Shown here: positions 1-8,497 of the stretch, piece after piece
Numbering within the stretch: position 1 is the first letter of the stretch
Layout of the letters: the number at the start of each line of letters is the position of its first letter
Virus record (IMG/VR): IMGVR_UViG_3300008219_000006
Direction: 5' to 3' (one strand)
DNA length: 64,000 bases
Source of the DNA: an uncultured virus (IMG/VR IMGVR_UViG_3300008219_000006)
Taxonomy: Duplodnaviria > Heunggongvirae > Uroviricota > Caudoviricetes
Position numbers and translations under genes: made by a program
The notes under the pieces: generated by a model
The model's input: only the letters and a program-made list of their open reading frames with translations
What the model was told of the DNA's origin: nothing
Database searches by the model: none

Positions 1-403
1 AGGAGTGTATGGTCGTAGTCTAGACCATAGCGTAGAGCTTAGGCTGTGTACGCTGAAGTGTCCGTTAAAGTGCGGAAAGTTATCGTTTTCGAGGAGGAAC
101 TCCTTCAAAATGATAATAGAACTGCTATTGGGTACTACAGGTAGATTCTAGAGTCCCCCAATAGTGAGAACCACATAGATTTTTTTAAGAAAAGTGGTGT
201 TAACTTAAGACCGTTCACGGGGAGTAGTAGTAAGACTCGAAGGATCCTAAATGGTATGATAAGAACCGTACCGAGGCTACCCTACTACTGCTCCCCAACA
301 AACTACAGGAGAAAATTGTGTATGATATGAATCAAATATACTGGATGAGGATTATCATTATACTATGTATTAATCACACAGTCTATTGTTAGGAGGCACA
401 AAC

Positions 404-589
404 ATGAGTAAGAAGTACGGAGTCTGGGTAACTGGAAAGCATAACGTAAAAGGATGGCTCATAGATGATGATGGCTACTGTACTTATGACACCCTAAGAG
501 AAGCTAACAAGGATGCTAATGAATTTAGCAACGCCTTCAGGGGAAGAGTAACAAAATACGAAGGAAGAAAGTTTAAGAAACCATCTTGA
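404..589 (+). CDS. Small early hypothetical protein
   Basis: AGGAGG RBS upstream of ATG 404; within ORF 386..589. Confidence 0.6.
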   Translation: MSKKYGVWVTGKHNVKGWLIDDDGYCTYDTLREANKDANEFSNAFRGRVTKYEGRKFKKPS

Positions 590-613
590 CATTCTTGAAA
601 TCTATGGTATAAT
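586..613 (+). promoter_or_regulatory. Host sigma70-type promoter (TTGACA-16 bp-TGnTATAAT)
   Basis: ttgaca 586-591, tataat 608-613, extended -10 TG at 605-606. Confidence 0.85.
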
Positions 614-635
614 GATACTATGAAAGGAAAATACC

Positions 636-764
636 ATGTTTGATCCTGACATTGATGAGGATGATGGAGAGATGATTGACTGGGATACTCTGTTACCCGA
701 ATGGCTTTATGATAATCATGGAATTTCTTGGAACATAGAGGAGGATTGTGATGACAACAGTTAA
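636..764 (+). CDS. Very acidic 42-aa early protein (below ORF-track cutoff)
   Basis: MFDPDIDEDDGEMIDWDTLLPEWLYDNHGISWNIEEDCDDNS; AAGGA RBS; first ORF after promoter at 586. Confidence 0.55.
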   Translation: MFDPDIDEDDGEMIDWDTLLPEWLYDNHGISWNIEEDCDDNS

Positions 765-1029
765 AGAGCATATAGAGAATCTTAATAAATACAATCCCGA
801 AGATCATGTGTGTCTAACAATATGGACGCGGGAAGATATAATATGGAGAATAGATCAGCTAGTAGGCAACGTAGAGTTTCATGACGAGGATCTTGACTGG
901 ATACTAGAACAGATGGAACATAATCATGACGCTAACTATGGTATCAGTTGGGATACCATAGACTGGTGGATTGATATAGTAGCTGAAGAGAAAAGGGAAC
1001 TAGAAAAACGGGAGAAAACCAATGCCTAA
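748..1029 (+). CDS. Acidic early hypothetical protein, paralog of 1759..2061
   Basis: MTTVKEHIE...NHDANYGISWDTID aligns with MTTAKEWIE...NHDASSGITWQDIE; GAGGAGG RBS. Confidence 0.8.
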   Translation: MMTTVKEHIENLNKYNPEDHVCLTIWTREDIIWRIDQLVGNVEFHDEDLDWILEQMEHNHDANYGISWDTIDWWIDIVAEEKRELEKREKTNA

Positions 1030-1501
1030 CTGGTGTCAAAACTTTGTGAATATAACTGTCTGGGGAAAAGATGATGAGGAGATTGCGAGAGAAATCTTTG
1101 ACCTTTTCTATGATGATTCCAATGGTGAGGATGAAGTAACTTTTGAAAAGGTATACCCTACGCCAGATGACCTAAGTAGTAAACAAGAATATGACTGGCA
1201 CATAAACCACTGGGGAACCAAGTGGGATGCAGCGTCTTCACACATAGAACTCGACGGTGGCTACGTAGAGATGCGGATTGAAACTGCTTGGAGTCCACCT
1301 GAAGGTGTCTACTGGGCGTTCATGAAGTGGCTAAAGGACAATGGCTATGAAGATAATGTCGATGTCGAATGGTTCTATAAAGAAAGAGGAATGAGATTAT
1401 CTGGCTGGTGTGGAGATAACACAATAGCTGAAGACTATGGTATAGTATATGATGCCCATAATTGGGAAGCTAGTATACCTGAAGAAAACAGGATAAGATA
1501 A
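1022..1501 (+). CDS. DUF1281/YubB ferredoxin-like family protein
   Basis: Characteristic MPNWCxN, WGTKWD and TAWSPP motifs. Confidence 0.75.
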   Translation: MPNWCQNFVNITVWGKDDEEIAREIFDLFYDDSNGEDEVTFEKVYPTPDDLSSKQEYDWHINHWGTKWDAASSHIELDGGYVEMRIETAWSPPEGVYWAFMKWLKDNGYEDNVDVEWFYKERGMRLSGWCGDNTIAEDYGIVYDAHNWEASIPEENRIR

Positions 1502-1552
1502 CTAAAGAAATGTCGCATCAAGACATGGAAAAATAATAAGGAGGTACGGTTC

Positions 1553-1759
1553 GTGTATAATTATAAGATTACATTTGAAGAGTATTATGAAGACTATAAT
1601 AGTTTTGATGATTGTCTCAAAGCCTTTCGGATAATGCTTAATGACTTATCAAATGATAAAGATCAGATTCCACTCTACTTTAATTTTGATGAGTATGATA
1701 AAGAAGAGGAAGCTCTTCATGAGCACGGATATATAAATCGGAAAGGACAGGAACTCTGA
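1553..1759 (+). CDS. Acidic early hypothetical protein
   Basis: AAGGAGG RBS, GTG start; C-terminus shared with next gene. Confidence 0.7.
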   Translation: MYNYKITFEEYYEDYNSFDDCLKAFRIMLNDLSNDKDQIPLYFNFDEYDKEEEALHEHGYINRKGQEL

Positions 1760-2024
1760 TGACTACTGCAAAAGAATGGATCGAGCGTTTAACAAATGAA
1801 TATGATGGTGATGAGACGATTTGTGTGGTAGTGTGGAGTGCTGAGGATGTGGATACATTACTAGGCGATAGGGCTATGGAAGTTTCTCGAATCGAAATAG
1901 ATCATATGCTATCATCTATAGAACAAAACCACGATGCCAGCTCAGGTATTACATGGCAAGATATCGAGTATCGTCTTGATGATATCCTTGAGGAGGAAGA
2001 GGAAGCTCTTCATGAGCACGGATA
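1703..2024 (+). repeat. 29-bp exact direct repeat (1703-1731 and 1996-2024)
   Basis: gaagaggaagctcttcatgagcacggata occurs twice, each copy followed shortly by aaggacagga. Confidence 0.9.
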
Positions 2025-2061
2025 CAATACTAGAAAAGAACAAGAAGGACAGGAGTTATAA
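1759..2061 (+). CDS. Acidic early hypothetical protein, paralog of 748..1029
   Basis: Internal similarity to 748..1029; translationally coupled (TGATG). Confidence 0.8.
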   Translation: MTTAKEWIERLTNEYDGDETICVVVWSAEDVDTLLGDRAMEVSRIEIDHMLSSIEQNHDASSGITWQDIEYRLDDILEEEEEALHEHGYNTRKEQEGQEL

Positions 2062-2237
2062 TGAAACCCGGTGAAACTATCTATGAAGTATGTATTAGTG
2101 GGTTTGAAAATCAAGATTCCGCTACAGAATTTATGTGTTTTATTGCAAATGAATATGGAATAGCACTTAATAATATAGAATTTAAAGCTCGAACCCCTGT
2201 GATTTGGGAGGATTGTGATGTACAATCTAAAGAATGA
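2061..2237 (+). CDS. 58-aa early hypothetical protein (below ORF-track cutoff)
   Basis: MKPGETIYEVCISGFENQDSATEF...; AGGAG RBS; TAATG coupling to the previous gene. Confidence 0.65.
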   Translation: MKPGETIYEVCISGFENQDSATEFMCFIANEYGIALNNIEFKARTPVIWEDCDVQSKE

Positions 2238-2274
2238 TCCTTGGTATAAACTTCATGTTTATTCAGAATTACTG

Positions 2275-2303
2275 TTGACATGTGCCATACGGTGTGGTAT
2301 AAT
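2275..2303 (+). promoter_or_regulatory. Host sigma70-type promoter (TTGACA-17 bp-TGnTATAAT)
   Basis: ttgaca 2275-2280, tataat 2298-2303, preceded by tgtgg. Confidence 0.9.
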
Positions 2304-2338
2304 AGTCAGCATTGGCTATCTTATATGGAGATACTACA

Positions 2339-2509
2339 ATGCAGGTTGAAGAAAACCACGTTCCACATGGATGTTTAGATGATTTTATGTGTTTTAAAAG
2401 TTGCGAGGAAATATATGAAGTGGGCAATATGGAACCACACGACGAAGAAATATTTGAAAATGAATGGTCAAACCGTAACCTATGGATCGAAAGACCTAGC
2501 TGTTTCTGA
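2339..2509 (+). CDS. Small acidic hypothetical protein
   Basis: GGAG RBS before ATG 2339; overlaps 2415..2579, so uncertain. Confidence 0.35.
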   Translation: MQVEENHVPHGCLDDFMCFKSCEEIYEVGNMEPHDEEIFENEWSNRNLWIERPSCF

Positions 2510-2579
2510 GCAAAGGAACTTAGGTCCTACTTTTGAGGTAGAAAAATATAGAAAGAAACGGGATAGAAACAATGAATAA
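2415..2579 (+). CDS. Small early hypothetical protein
   Basis: GAGGA RBS before ATG 2415 (MKWAIWNHTT...); overlaps start of next gene. Confidence 0.5.
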   Translation: MKWAIWNHTTKKYLKMNGQTVTYGSKDLAVSEQRNLGPTFEVEKYRKKRDRNNE

Positions 2580-2811
2580 TTATGAGGTAATATGCTACGA
2601 GTTAGCATCAAATTTAGTGACGGAGGGAGTTGTTGAAGATTGTGCGGTAGGAAATATAGGAAAACACCAATGGTTGCTTGATAGTAACGAATGGTTTCCT
2701 CTTCCTGTAATTGCTGAAAGCCTATATGAATCTCTTCTGGAAGATAGGTGTGTATTTAATTTATCTAGTGAGACAATCCATTTACTTAAGGAGTATTTGA
2801 ATGAGTCATGA
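2572..2811 (+). CDS. Hypothetical protein
   Basis: ORF in tightly packed + strand array. Confidence 0.6.
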   Translation: MNNYEVICYELASNLVTEGVVEDCAVGNIGKHQWLLDSNEWFPLPVIAESLYESLLEDRCVFNLSSETIHLLKEYLNES

Positions 2812-3823
2812 AATGTATAGCACAGATACTGCTATGTACGCTAAGACAAAAGCTTGGCATGGTCTTGGAACTGTTGTCGAAGACTACCCTAATGTTAAAG
2901 AAGCTCTGAAATTAAGTGGACTTGACTGGGAAGTACTACAAAGCGATTATCTATACGCTGAAGTAGAGGGTGATACCTACATTGCTGACGGTTATGTAGC
3001 TAACATCCGAAGCGATACCAATGAAGTACTTGGTGTAGTAAGCAAAGACTACCAGCCAGTACAGAATCGAGAACTGTTTGACATAGCTGAAGCAGCAGCT
3101 GGTCAACACTGCAAGGTTGAAACTGCTGGCTCCCTAAAGGGAGGAAGAAATGTTTACTTACTATTGAAGGCTGACTCGTTCGCCGTAGGCGAAGATGAGA
3201 TCCAACCATACTTCGGTCTGTTCGATGGTAAGGATGGAAGCATGTCCACCTGTGGATTGAACACAGGAGTTCGTGTTGTATGTAGCAACACAATGGAGTA
3301 TGCTATGAGTGGTGCTATACACAAGGTTACTCTTCGTCATCGAGGCAATACAATTGACGATGTATATGACCAAATGTGTGATGCAATCACAAACTTTAAG
3401 GAAACTGGTAAGATATTCCGAGAGAAGGTAGATCATATTGCTACCTATGCTCATTGGAATGAAGACAGGATTCAAAAATTCTTCAAAGAATGCTATGTTA
3501 ATATCATTGACCCTAGCATTAAGAAGGAAAAGGATGAAGTCAAGAAAGAAAAGTATTCTATTAAGATGGGTACTAGTATCATGAAGATGCAGGAAAAGAT
3601 GCAAGAAGAACTAGAACTTAATCTTAATGTTTCAACTGGATGGTTGGCTGCAAACGCTGTGACTAACTACATTCAGAAAAAACAAGGAGAGCGTGGTCGC
3701 AAGACTAGTACAGAATCTCGTATCCAAAGCAACCTTATTGGTGCTGGAGCCACACAAAGTTCCAAGGTTATGAGGACTGCACTTAATTGGAGTAGCATCA
3801 GCGATTCGCTTCCTGCTAACTGA
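2801..3823 (+). CDS. DUF932 family phage/plasmid protein
   Basis: AWHGLG, LxGLDWEV, YxPVQN, ETAGSLKGG and VRVVCSNT motifs. Confidence 0.85.
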   Translation: MSHEMYSTDTAMYAKTKAWHGLGTVVEDYPNVKEALKLSGLDWEVLQSDYLYAEVEGDTYIADGYVANIRSDTNEVLGVVSKDYQPVQNRELFDIAEAAAGQHCKVETAGSLKGGRNVYLLLKADSFAVGEDEIQPYFGLFDGKDGSMSTCGLNTGVRVVCSNTMEYAMSGAIHKVTLRHRGNTIDDVYDQMCDAITNFKETGKIFREKVDHIATYAHWNEDRIQKFFKECYVNIIDPSIKKEKDEVKKEKYSIKMGTSIMKMQEKMQEELELNLNVSTGWLAANAVTNYIQKKQGERGRKTSTESRIQSNLIGAGATQSSKVMRTALNWSSISDSLPAN

Positions 3824-3833
3824 TCCCCTCTTA

Positions 3834-3880
3834 AACTGGAGATCCTAGGTTTAATTATCTAGGATCTCCAGTTATTATTT
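3834..3880 (+). terminator. Perfect 15-bp inverted repeat with AT-rich tail (terminator or RNase III-type hairpin)
   Basis: aactggagatcctag (3834-3848) / ctaggatctccagtt (3859-3873), followed by attattt. Confidence 0.6.
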
Positions 3881-3889
3881 CCATCTCCC

Positions 3890-3918
3890 AATAATTGGGT
3901 AATGGAGTAACACTCCAT
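3890..3918 (+). promoter_or_regulatory. Putative phage RNAP promoter, copy 1
   Basis: aataattgggtaatggagtaacact; 24/25 identical to 7687-7711; core shared with 14968 and 62433. Confidence 0.75.
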
Positions 3919-3936
3919 ATGCCACAAGGAGAATAT

Positions 3937-6384
3937 ATGATAAAATGGAATGAGTTATCTCCTGAGATACAGGAACAAAGGCTATCACTACAGTCTGCTC
4001 TTGAGGAACAGATGCTTTATGATGGTAGTAATAAATACTGGGATGAATATTCCAGAGCCTGTGATGAGGGTATACCTGAACAGCAGTTACTAGACTCTGT
4101 AGTTTTTCAGCTCGCTCCTGTCTATCAAGAATGGATAGATAATATATCTAAAAATAGAAAGACACCTGACTGGGTTCATCCCCTGTTAACTCTAGGTGCT
4201 GCTAAGATGGCTGACCTAACTGTTAGGTGTGTCATTAGAATGTGGCTCAAAGCCAGCATGTTTGGGTTTGGAAGAGATGATATCAAGAGTACGCCCCCTC
4301 TTGCACAGCATGTAGCAAGAACAATATCCAAGGAAGCTATTCATATCATCGCCTACCAGACGGCAAAGGAAACTTTCAAGGACGATTGGAGAAAGCAATC
4401 CAAGTTCATTAAGAACTGGACAGAGAAAAGATGTATTGCTTTCACAAAGAAAATGCTACAGATTCCCCGCATGACCTTGAAACAAAGAGATGACTTCGGA
4501 CACCACATGATTAGGATTGCTGAGCTGTCCTCTGTCATCCATACATTCAGGGATAAGTATCCTCACGGAAAGAACCAATGGAGAAACAAACTATTCGTCA
4601 CACTTGATGACAGTATCCTAAAAGATATACACAATAAGCACAAGTTCCTAGAAAATACGACATTATTGTATAGACCTATGGTATGTCCACCTGTGGATCA
4701 TACACTGGAACGAAGCGGAGGGTATCTCCACCACTGGATCAGGAAAGAAGTGGTCCATAGATACAGCTCAGATTATATTACTGAAGAAAGAAAGATTAAT
4801 CAACAATACTCTGAGCCTAGTCAGAAGGTTCTTGACGCAACCAATGCTATGCAAAGAACAGAGTGGACTATTAACACCAGAGTTTTTGATGTTATGAATA
4901 GCTTGTTCAAGAACAACACAAGACTATGTAATCTTCCTGCCTATTCTTTCGATGCCTTCTCCTTTGGAGATGAGTATCCTAAAGATAGTGGTAAGCAGGA
5001 GCAAGCAATCTGGTGTCAACGCAGAGAAGAAGCGTGGTCTGACTGGTTCAAGGAAGAACAAAAGAGAGGACGGATGTTGGTAAGACTACAGCTTGCTATT
5101 AATCTAACTCTAAATGGATTCTTTTATATGCCCATGACTCTGGACTTCAGAGGCAGGGGATATACTACCTGTGAACTACTTAGTTGTCAAGGTTCTGACT
5201 TTGATAGAGGCTTGATAATGTTTGCGAACGCTGTACCACAGACAGAAAGAGGAAGATACTGGATGAAGATCCATATAGCTAACCTCTTTGATATTGACAA
5301 AGTTAGTTTCAGTGACAGAGTTAAATGGTTTGATGATAATCAAGAAATGTTAAAGAGAATTAATGAAGACCCATACCAGAACAGAGAATGGATAGATGAT
5401 GCGGTCAAGAAAAACAAATCATTCCAAAGAATAGCAGCTGTCTTTGACTACTTCAGAAAAGATGGCATGACTCAGGTTCCTGTCCAAATGGACGGTGCTT
5501 GTAATGGAAGCCAACACTGGGCTGCTATCATGAGAGATCAGGATCTTGCCAAGCTTGTAAATATTATACCGAATGAAGTTCCCCAAGATCTTTATCAGTA
5601 TGTAGCAAACAAAAGCACTGAACATTTAAATGATAACAAAGAAAACCCTTGGTATAAAAAGTTTTTAGAATACTGGAAAGGAAATCTTGACAGAAAAATT
5701 ACGAAACGCAGTACAATGTGTGATGCCTACGGGCTCACGTTCTATGGCATTCAGAAGTACATGAAACTTGAGGGTCATGTGGACTGGGTTCCTCATGAAA
5801 CACAAGCAGGAGCAATCGTAGAGCTTGCAAGAGCTGTTCAAGCTGGTCTTGGTTCTGCTCTTGAGTCTGCCAATCATGGAAAAGAATATCTTAAAGATAT
5901 AACTAATATGATATCTACTATGGGACATCACTTAACATATACTGTACCAAGTGGATTCAAGGTAGTGCATAACTATACCAAGATCCGAAAGAGGAGAAGC
6001 TTAGCTGCTCTCTTTAATAATAAAGAGCTTATATTTTGGGAGGATGCTGGAGATCTTGATGCGAAAAAAGCAGAGCAAGGTATTCCACCAAATTATATTC
6101 ACTCTTTAGATGCAAGTCATTTGGTTTGCACTGTGTTTATACTGTATAATATGGGTATCAATTCTTTCAGTATGATACACGATTCATATGGATGTCACGC
6201 CCCGTTTGTGGATGACATGATAAAAATAACGAAGGAGCAATTTTATGAAATGCATCAAGTCAATCTTCTCGAAGAGCTTAAGAACCAGATCGAAGAAAGA
6301 TACAGAATTAGACTACCCAACCCCCCAGTCACAGGACAGCTTAGAATCAAGTCAGTTCTGGAATCGGATTATTTCTTCTCCTGA
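3937..6384 (+). CDS. T7-like single-subunit DNA-directed RNA polymerase (gp1)
   Basis: DFRGRGY, motif A DGACNGSQH, motif B RKITKRSTMCDAYG, PNYIHSLDASH, motif C IHDSYG, C-terminal YFFS; AAGGAG RBS before ATG 3937. Confidence 0.98.
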   Translation: MIKWNELSPEIQEQRLSLQSALEEQMLYDGSNKYWDEYSRACDEGIPEQQLLDSVVFQLAPVYQEWIDNISKNRKTPDWVHPLLTLGAAKMADLTVRCVIRMWLKASMFGFGRDDIKSTPPLAQHVARTISKEAIHIIAYQTAKETFKDDWRKQSKFIKNWTEKRCIAFTKKMLQIPRMTLKQRDDFGHHMIRIAELSSVIHTFRDKYPHGKNQWRNKLFVTLDDSILKDIHNKHKFLENTTLLYRPMVCPPVDHTLERSGGYLHHWIRKEVVHRYSSDYITEERKINQQYSEPSQKVLDATNAMQRTEWTINTRVFDVMNSLFKNNTRLCNLPAYSFDAFSFGDEYPKDSGKQEQAIWCQRREEAWSDWFKEEQKRGRMLVRLQLAINLTLNGFFYMPMTLDFRGRGYTTCELLSCQGSDFDRGLIMFANAVPQTERGRYWMKIHIANLFDIDKVSFSDRVKWFDDNQEMLKRINEDPYQNREWIDDAVKKNKSFQRIAAVFDYFRKDGMTQVPVQMDGACNGSQHWAAIMRDQDLAKLVNIIPNEVPQDLYQYVANKSTEHLNDNKENPWYKKFLEYWKGNLDRKITKRSTMCDAYGLTFYGIQKYMKLEGHVDWVPHETQAGAIVELARAVQAGLGSALESANHGKEYLKDITNMISTMGHHLTYTVPSGFKVVHNYTKIRKRRSLAALFNNKELIFWEDAGDLDAKKAEQGIPPNYIHSLDASHLVCTVFILYNMGINSFSMIHDSYGCHAPFVDDMIKITKEQFYEMHQVNLLEELKNQIEERYRIRLPNPPVTGQLRIKSVLESDYFFS

Positions 6385-6619
6385 TGTTCGATATATTCTA
6401 TGGAAAGATGCTCAAAGTTTCGGTGGACCTGAATGGGTTGATCATACTGAAGCCTATGAATGGGCGCACCGTACTCCCCCAACAATGAAGACAGTTGGGT
6501 TTGTATTAAAAGAAACAGAAGAGTGGATAAGTATAACAGATTCCGTTGGTCCTAACGAATGTGGTGGCGTAACCACTATTCCAAAGGTCATGATTTTATC
6601 TATGGAGAAAATAAGATGA
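6245..6619 (+). CDS. Conserved-looking small phage protein (WxDA...TVGF...IP); true start uncertain
   Basis: C-terminal ~80 aa look like a real beta-rich phage protein; 5' part overlaps the RNAP gene. Confidence 0.55.
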   Translation: MKCIKSIFSKSLRTRSKKDTELDYPTPQSQDSLESSQFWNRIISSPDVRYILWKDAQSFGGPEWVDHTEAYEWAHRTPPTMKTVGFVLKETEEWISITDSVGPNECGGVTTIPKVMILSMEKIR

Positions 6620-6861
6620 CTCTCATTCCGATCAATTCAGAAGGAGATATGGAGCTGGCTATTAAGGAGACGATTCATATAGCCAGACATAGAGGAAAGG
6701 CAATAGTAGACCTAGCATTTACTACAGAGTTTTTAGCTCAAGTATTTTTATGGAATCTAAATTCTGCTATAGCTCAAACAGGAGTTTCTAGAAATAAAGA
6801 TGTAGAATTAAACATCATAATTGTAGGAGACGGTGATGCTGCCGAAGAAATACACGAATAA
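6616..6861 (+). CDS. Hypothetical protein
   Basis: GGAG RBS, ATGA coupling. Confidence 0.6.
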   Translation: MTLIPINSEGDMELAIKETIHIARHRGKAIVDLAFTTEFLAQVFLWNLNSAIAQTGVSRNKDVELNIIIVGDGDAAEEIHE

Positions 6862-7012
6862 GTATCAAGAGATGCATGATAAAGGTGAGTTCAATGTTTG
6901 GGCTCCTATTCCACAAAAAGATGGCAGCTTCTTGCCTCCACTCGCACAGCAATGGAAAGAAGAGTGGTCACGTAGATGTAAAGCCATGAATAAAGGAAAG
7001 AAAGATGTCTAG
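6836..7012 (+). CDS. 58-aa hypothetical protein (below ORF-track cutoff)
   Basis: MLPKKYTNKYQEMHDKGEFNVWAPIPQKDG...; AGGAG RBS; fills gap before the phosphoesterase. Confidence 0.55.
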   Translation: MLPKKYTNKYQEMHDKGEFNVWAPIPQKDGSFLPPLAQQWKEEWSRRCKAMNKGKKDV

Positions 7013-7691
7013 AGTTCTTATTATAGGTGATACTCATTGCCCTGCTATGAAGAAGGGTTATGTTGATTTCCTTAATGACATGAAGAATCTATGGAACACA
7101 GATAAAACCGTACACATCGGAGATGTGGTTGATTGGGCAAGCATTAGCTTCCACGAAAAGCTCCCAGAGTTTCCTTCACCACATGATGAGTTCCATAAAG
7201 CTATGGAACAAGTACAACTATTATACAAAGCATTCCCGAAAGTTACAGTGTTGACTGGTAATCACGATGACCTACCAAAGAGAAAGATTAGTACTCTGAC
7301 TTTACCAACTCAATGTATTAAAGAATATTCTAACCTTTGGAATACTCCTAAGTGGGAGTGGAAGCCAAGGTTTTCTAGGATTAGTATTGATGGAGTAGCG
7401 TACAGTCATGGTGACAGCGGTAAGGGAGGTAAGTTTTCCTCCTTGAATAATGCACATGATAATTTCTGTTCTTGGGTTCAAGGACACCAGCACTCTATTG
7501 CTGGAGTAAACTATTATGCCAACCTAACCAAAAGAATTTTTGCGCTTTCTACTGGATGTGGGGTTGACCACGAAAATCTTAGTATGTATTATGGTAAGAG
7601 ATTCAACTCCAAGCCCATCGTGGGATGTGGAATTGTGTTGGATGGAGAGCATGGATTCTTTGAGCCTATGCCCTTTGAAGATTACGAATAG
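7005..7691 (+). CDS. Calcineurin-like metallophosphoesterase
   Basis: GDTH, GDxxD, GNHD, HG and GHxH motifs. Confidence 0.9.
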   Translation: MSRVLIIGDTHCPAMKKGYVDFLNDMKNLWNTDKTVHIGDVVDWASISFHEKLPEFPSPHDEFHKAMEQVQLLYKAFPKVTVLTGNHDDLPKRKISTLTLPTQCIKEYSNLWNTPKWEWKPRFSRISIDGVAYSHGDSGKGGKFSSLNNAHDNFCSWVQGHQHSIAGVNYYANLTKRIFALSTGCGVDHENLSMYYGKRFNSKPIVGCGIVLDGEHGFFEPMPFEDYE

Positions 7692-7715
7692 TTGGGTAAT
7701 GGAGTAACACTTCAT
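7687..7715 (+). promoter_or_regulatory. Putative phage RNAP promoter, copy 2
   Basis: aatagttgggtaatggagtaacact upstream of the SSB/replication genes. Confidence 0.75.
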
Positions 7716-7746
7716 ACTCACTAGATAAAAAAGAAAGGAGAAACCG

Positions 7747-7986
7747 TTGGACACAAAAACCCTCAAGAACGAGTACCGAGATAGACTCGAAAAGGAAGAA
7801 GTAATGGCAGAGAAACCAGCTGTTGAAGTTGAAAATGTTGTACGATATCTTAATGATGTTGCCGCAGCCCTAAGCCATGTTGTTAGCGGTGTTCAAAAGA
7901 CAATCAGTCAATTGAATCACCAAGTATACACAATTAAACCAAATAATGAAATCACAGATCAAGAAGGAGAAAATAATGATGACTAA
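7747..7986 (+). CDS. Hypothetical coiled-coil protein
   Basis: GAAAGGAG RBS, TTG start. Confidence 0.65.
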   Translation: MDTKTLKNEYRDRLEKEEVMAEKPAVEVENVVRYLNDVAAALSHVVSGVQKTISQLNHQVYTIKPNNEITDQEGENNDD

Positions 7987-8497
7987 GATTTCCCAACTAT
8001 ACACTGATACTTTAGACGTACAGTGGGCGCACCTACACAAGCCAGACACTAAGTTTGGTAACCCCGGCAATCATAATATTACCGTGGTTGTTGATGAGGT
8101 ACTTCAAACTAACCTTGATAATCTCATGAAAGAGACAGGTGCTAAGAAGATTAATGGTATGCGAGAAGTTGAAGGTGTAACAACCATCAAGATCAAGTCC
8201 ACCATTTATACTAAAGATGGTACAAATACTTTCCCTTGTAAAGATGCAGCTGCTGAAGATACAGAAGCCGTACCTTTTGGCGGTGACAAAGTTCGTCTCC
8301 GTCTCGCCCCGATGGTAATTTCAAGGGACAATTCACTTAGTTTGTTTCTCAATGGTTGTCAGATCATAGAGAAGAACGAACAATCGAACACTGGAGGCTT
8401 CACTCCAACCGATGGATACGATGGCTCAGACTACAAAGCACCTGTAGCTACAACTCCTGAGGTTCCTGAAGTTTCCGATGACGATGTTCCATTCTGA
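7976..8497 (+). CDS. Single-stranded DNA-binding protein (T7 gp2.5-like)
   Basis: WAHLxKPDTKF, GGDKV, LxGCQII, acidic tail ending DDDVPF; position before resolvase and primase. Confidence 0.85.
   Translation: MMTKISQLYTDTLDVQWAHLHKPDTKFGNPGNHNITVVVDEVLQTNLDNLMKETGAKKINGMREVEGVTTIKIKSTIYTKDGTNTFPCKDAAAEDTEAVPFGGDKVRLRLAPMVISRDNSLSLFLNGCQIIEKNEQSNTGGFTPTDGYDGSDYKAPVATTPEVPEVSDDDVPF

Noticed and set aside
3902..3918. 7-bp stem/3-nt loop in the promoter as an N4-type DNA hairpin promoter
   Set aside because: Loop is AAC/GTT rather than the GNA-type loop of N4 promoters; copy 2 needs a G-U pair; copies 3 and 4 lack it. A 5' RNA hairpin is more likely
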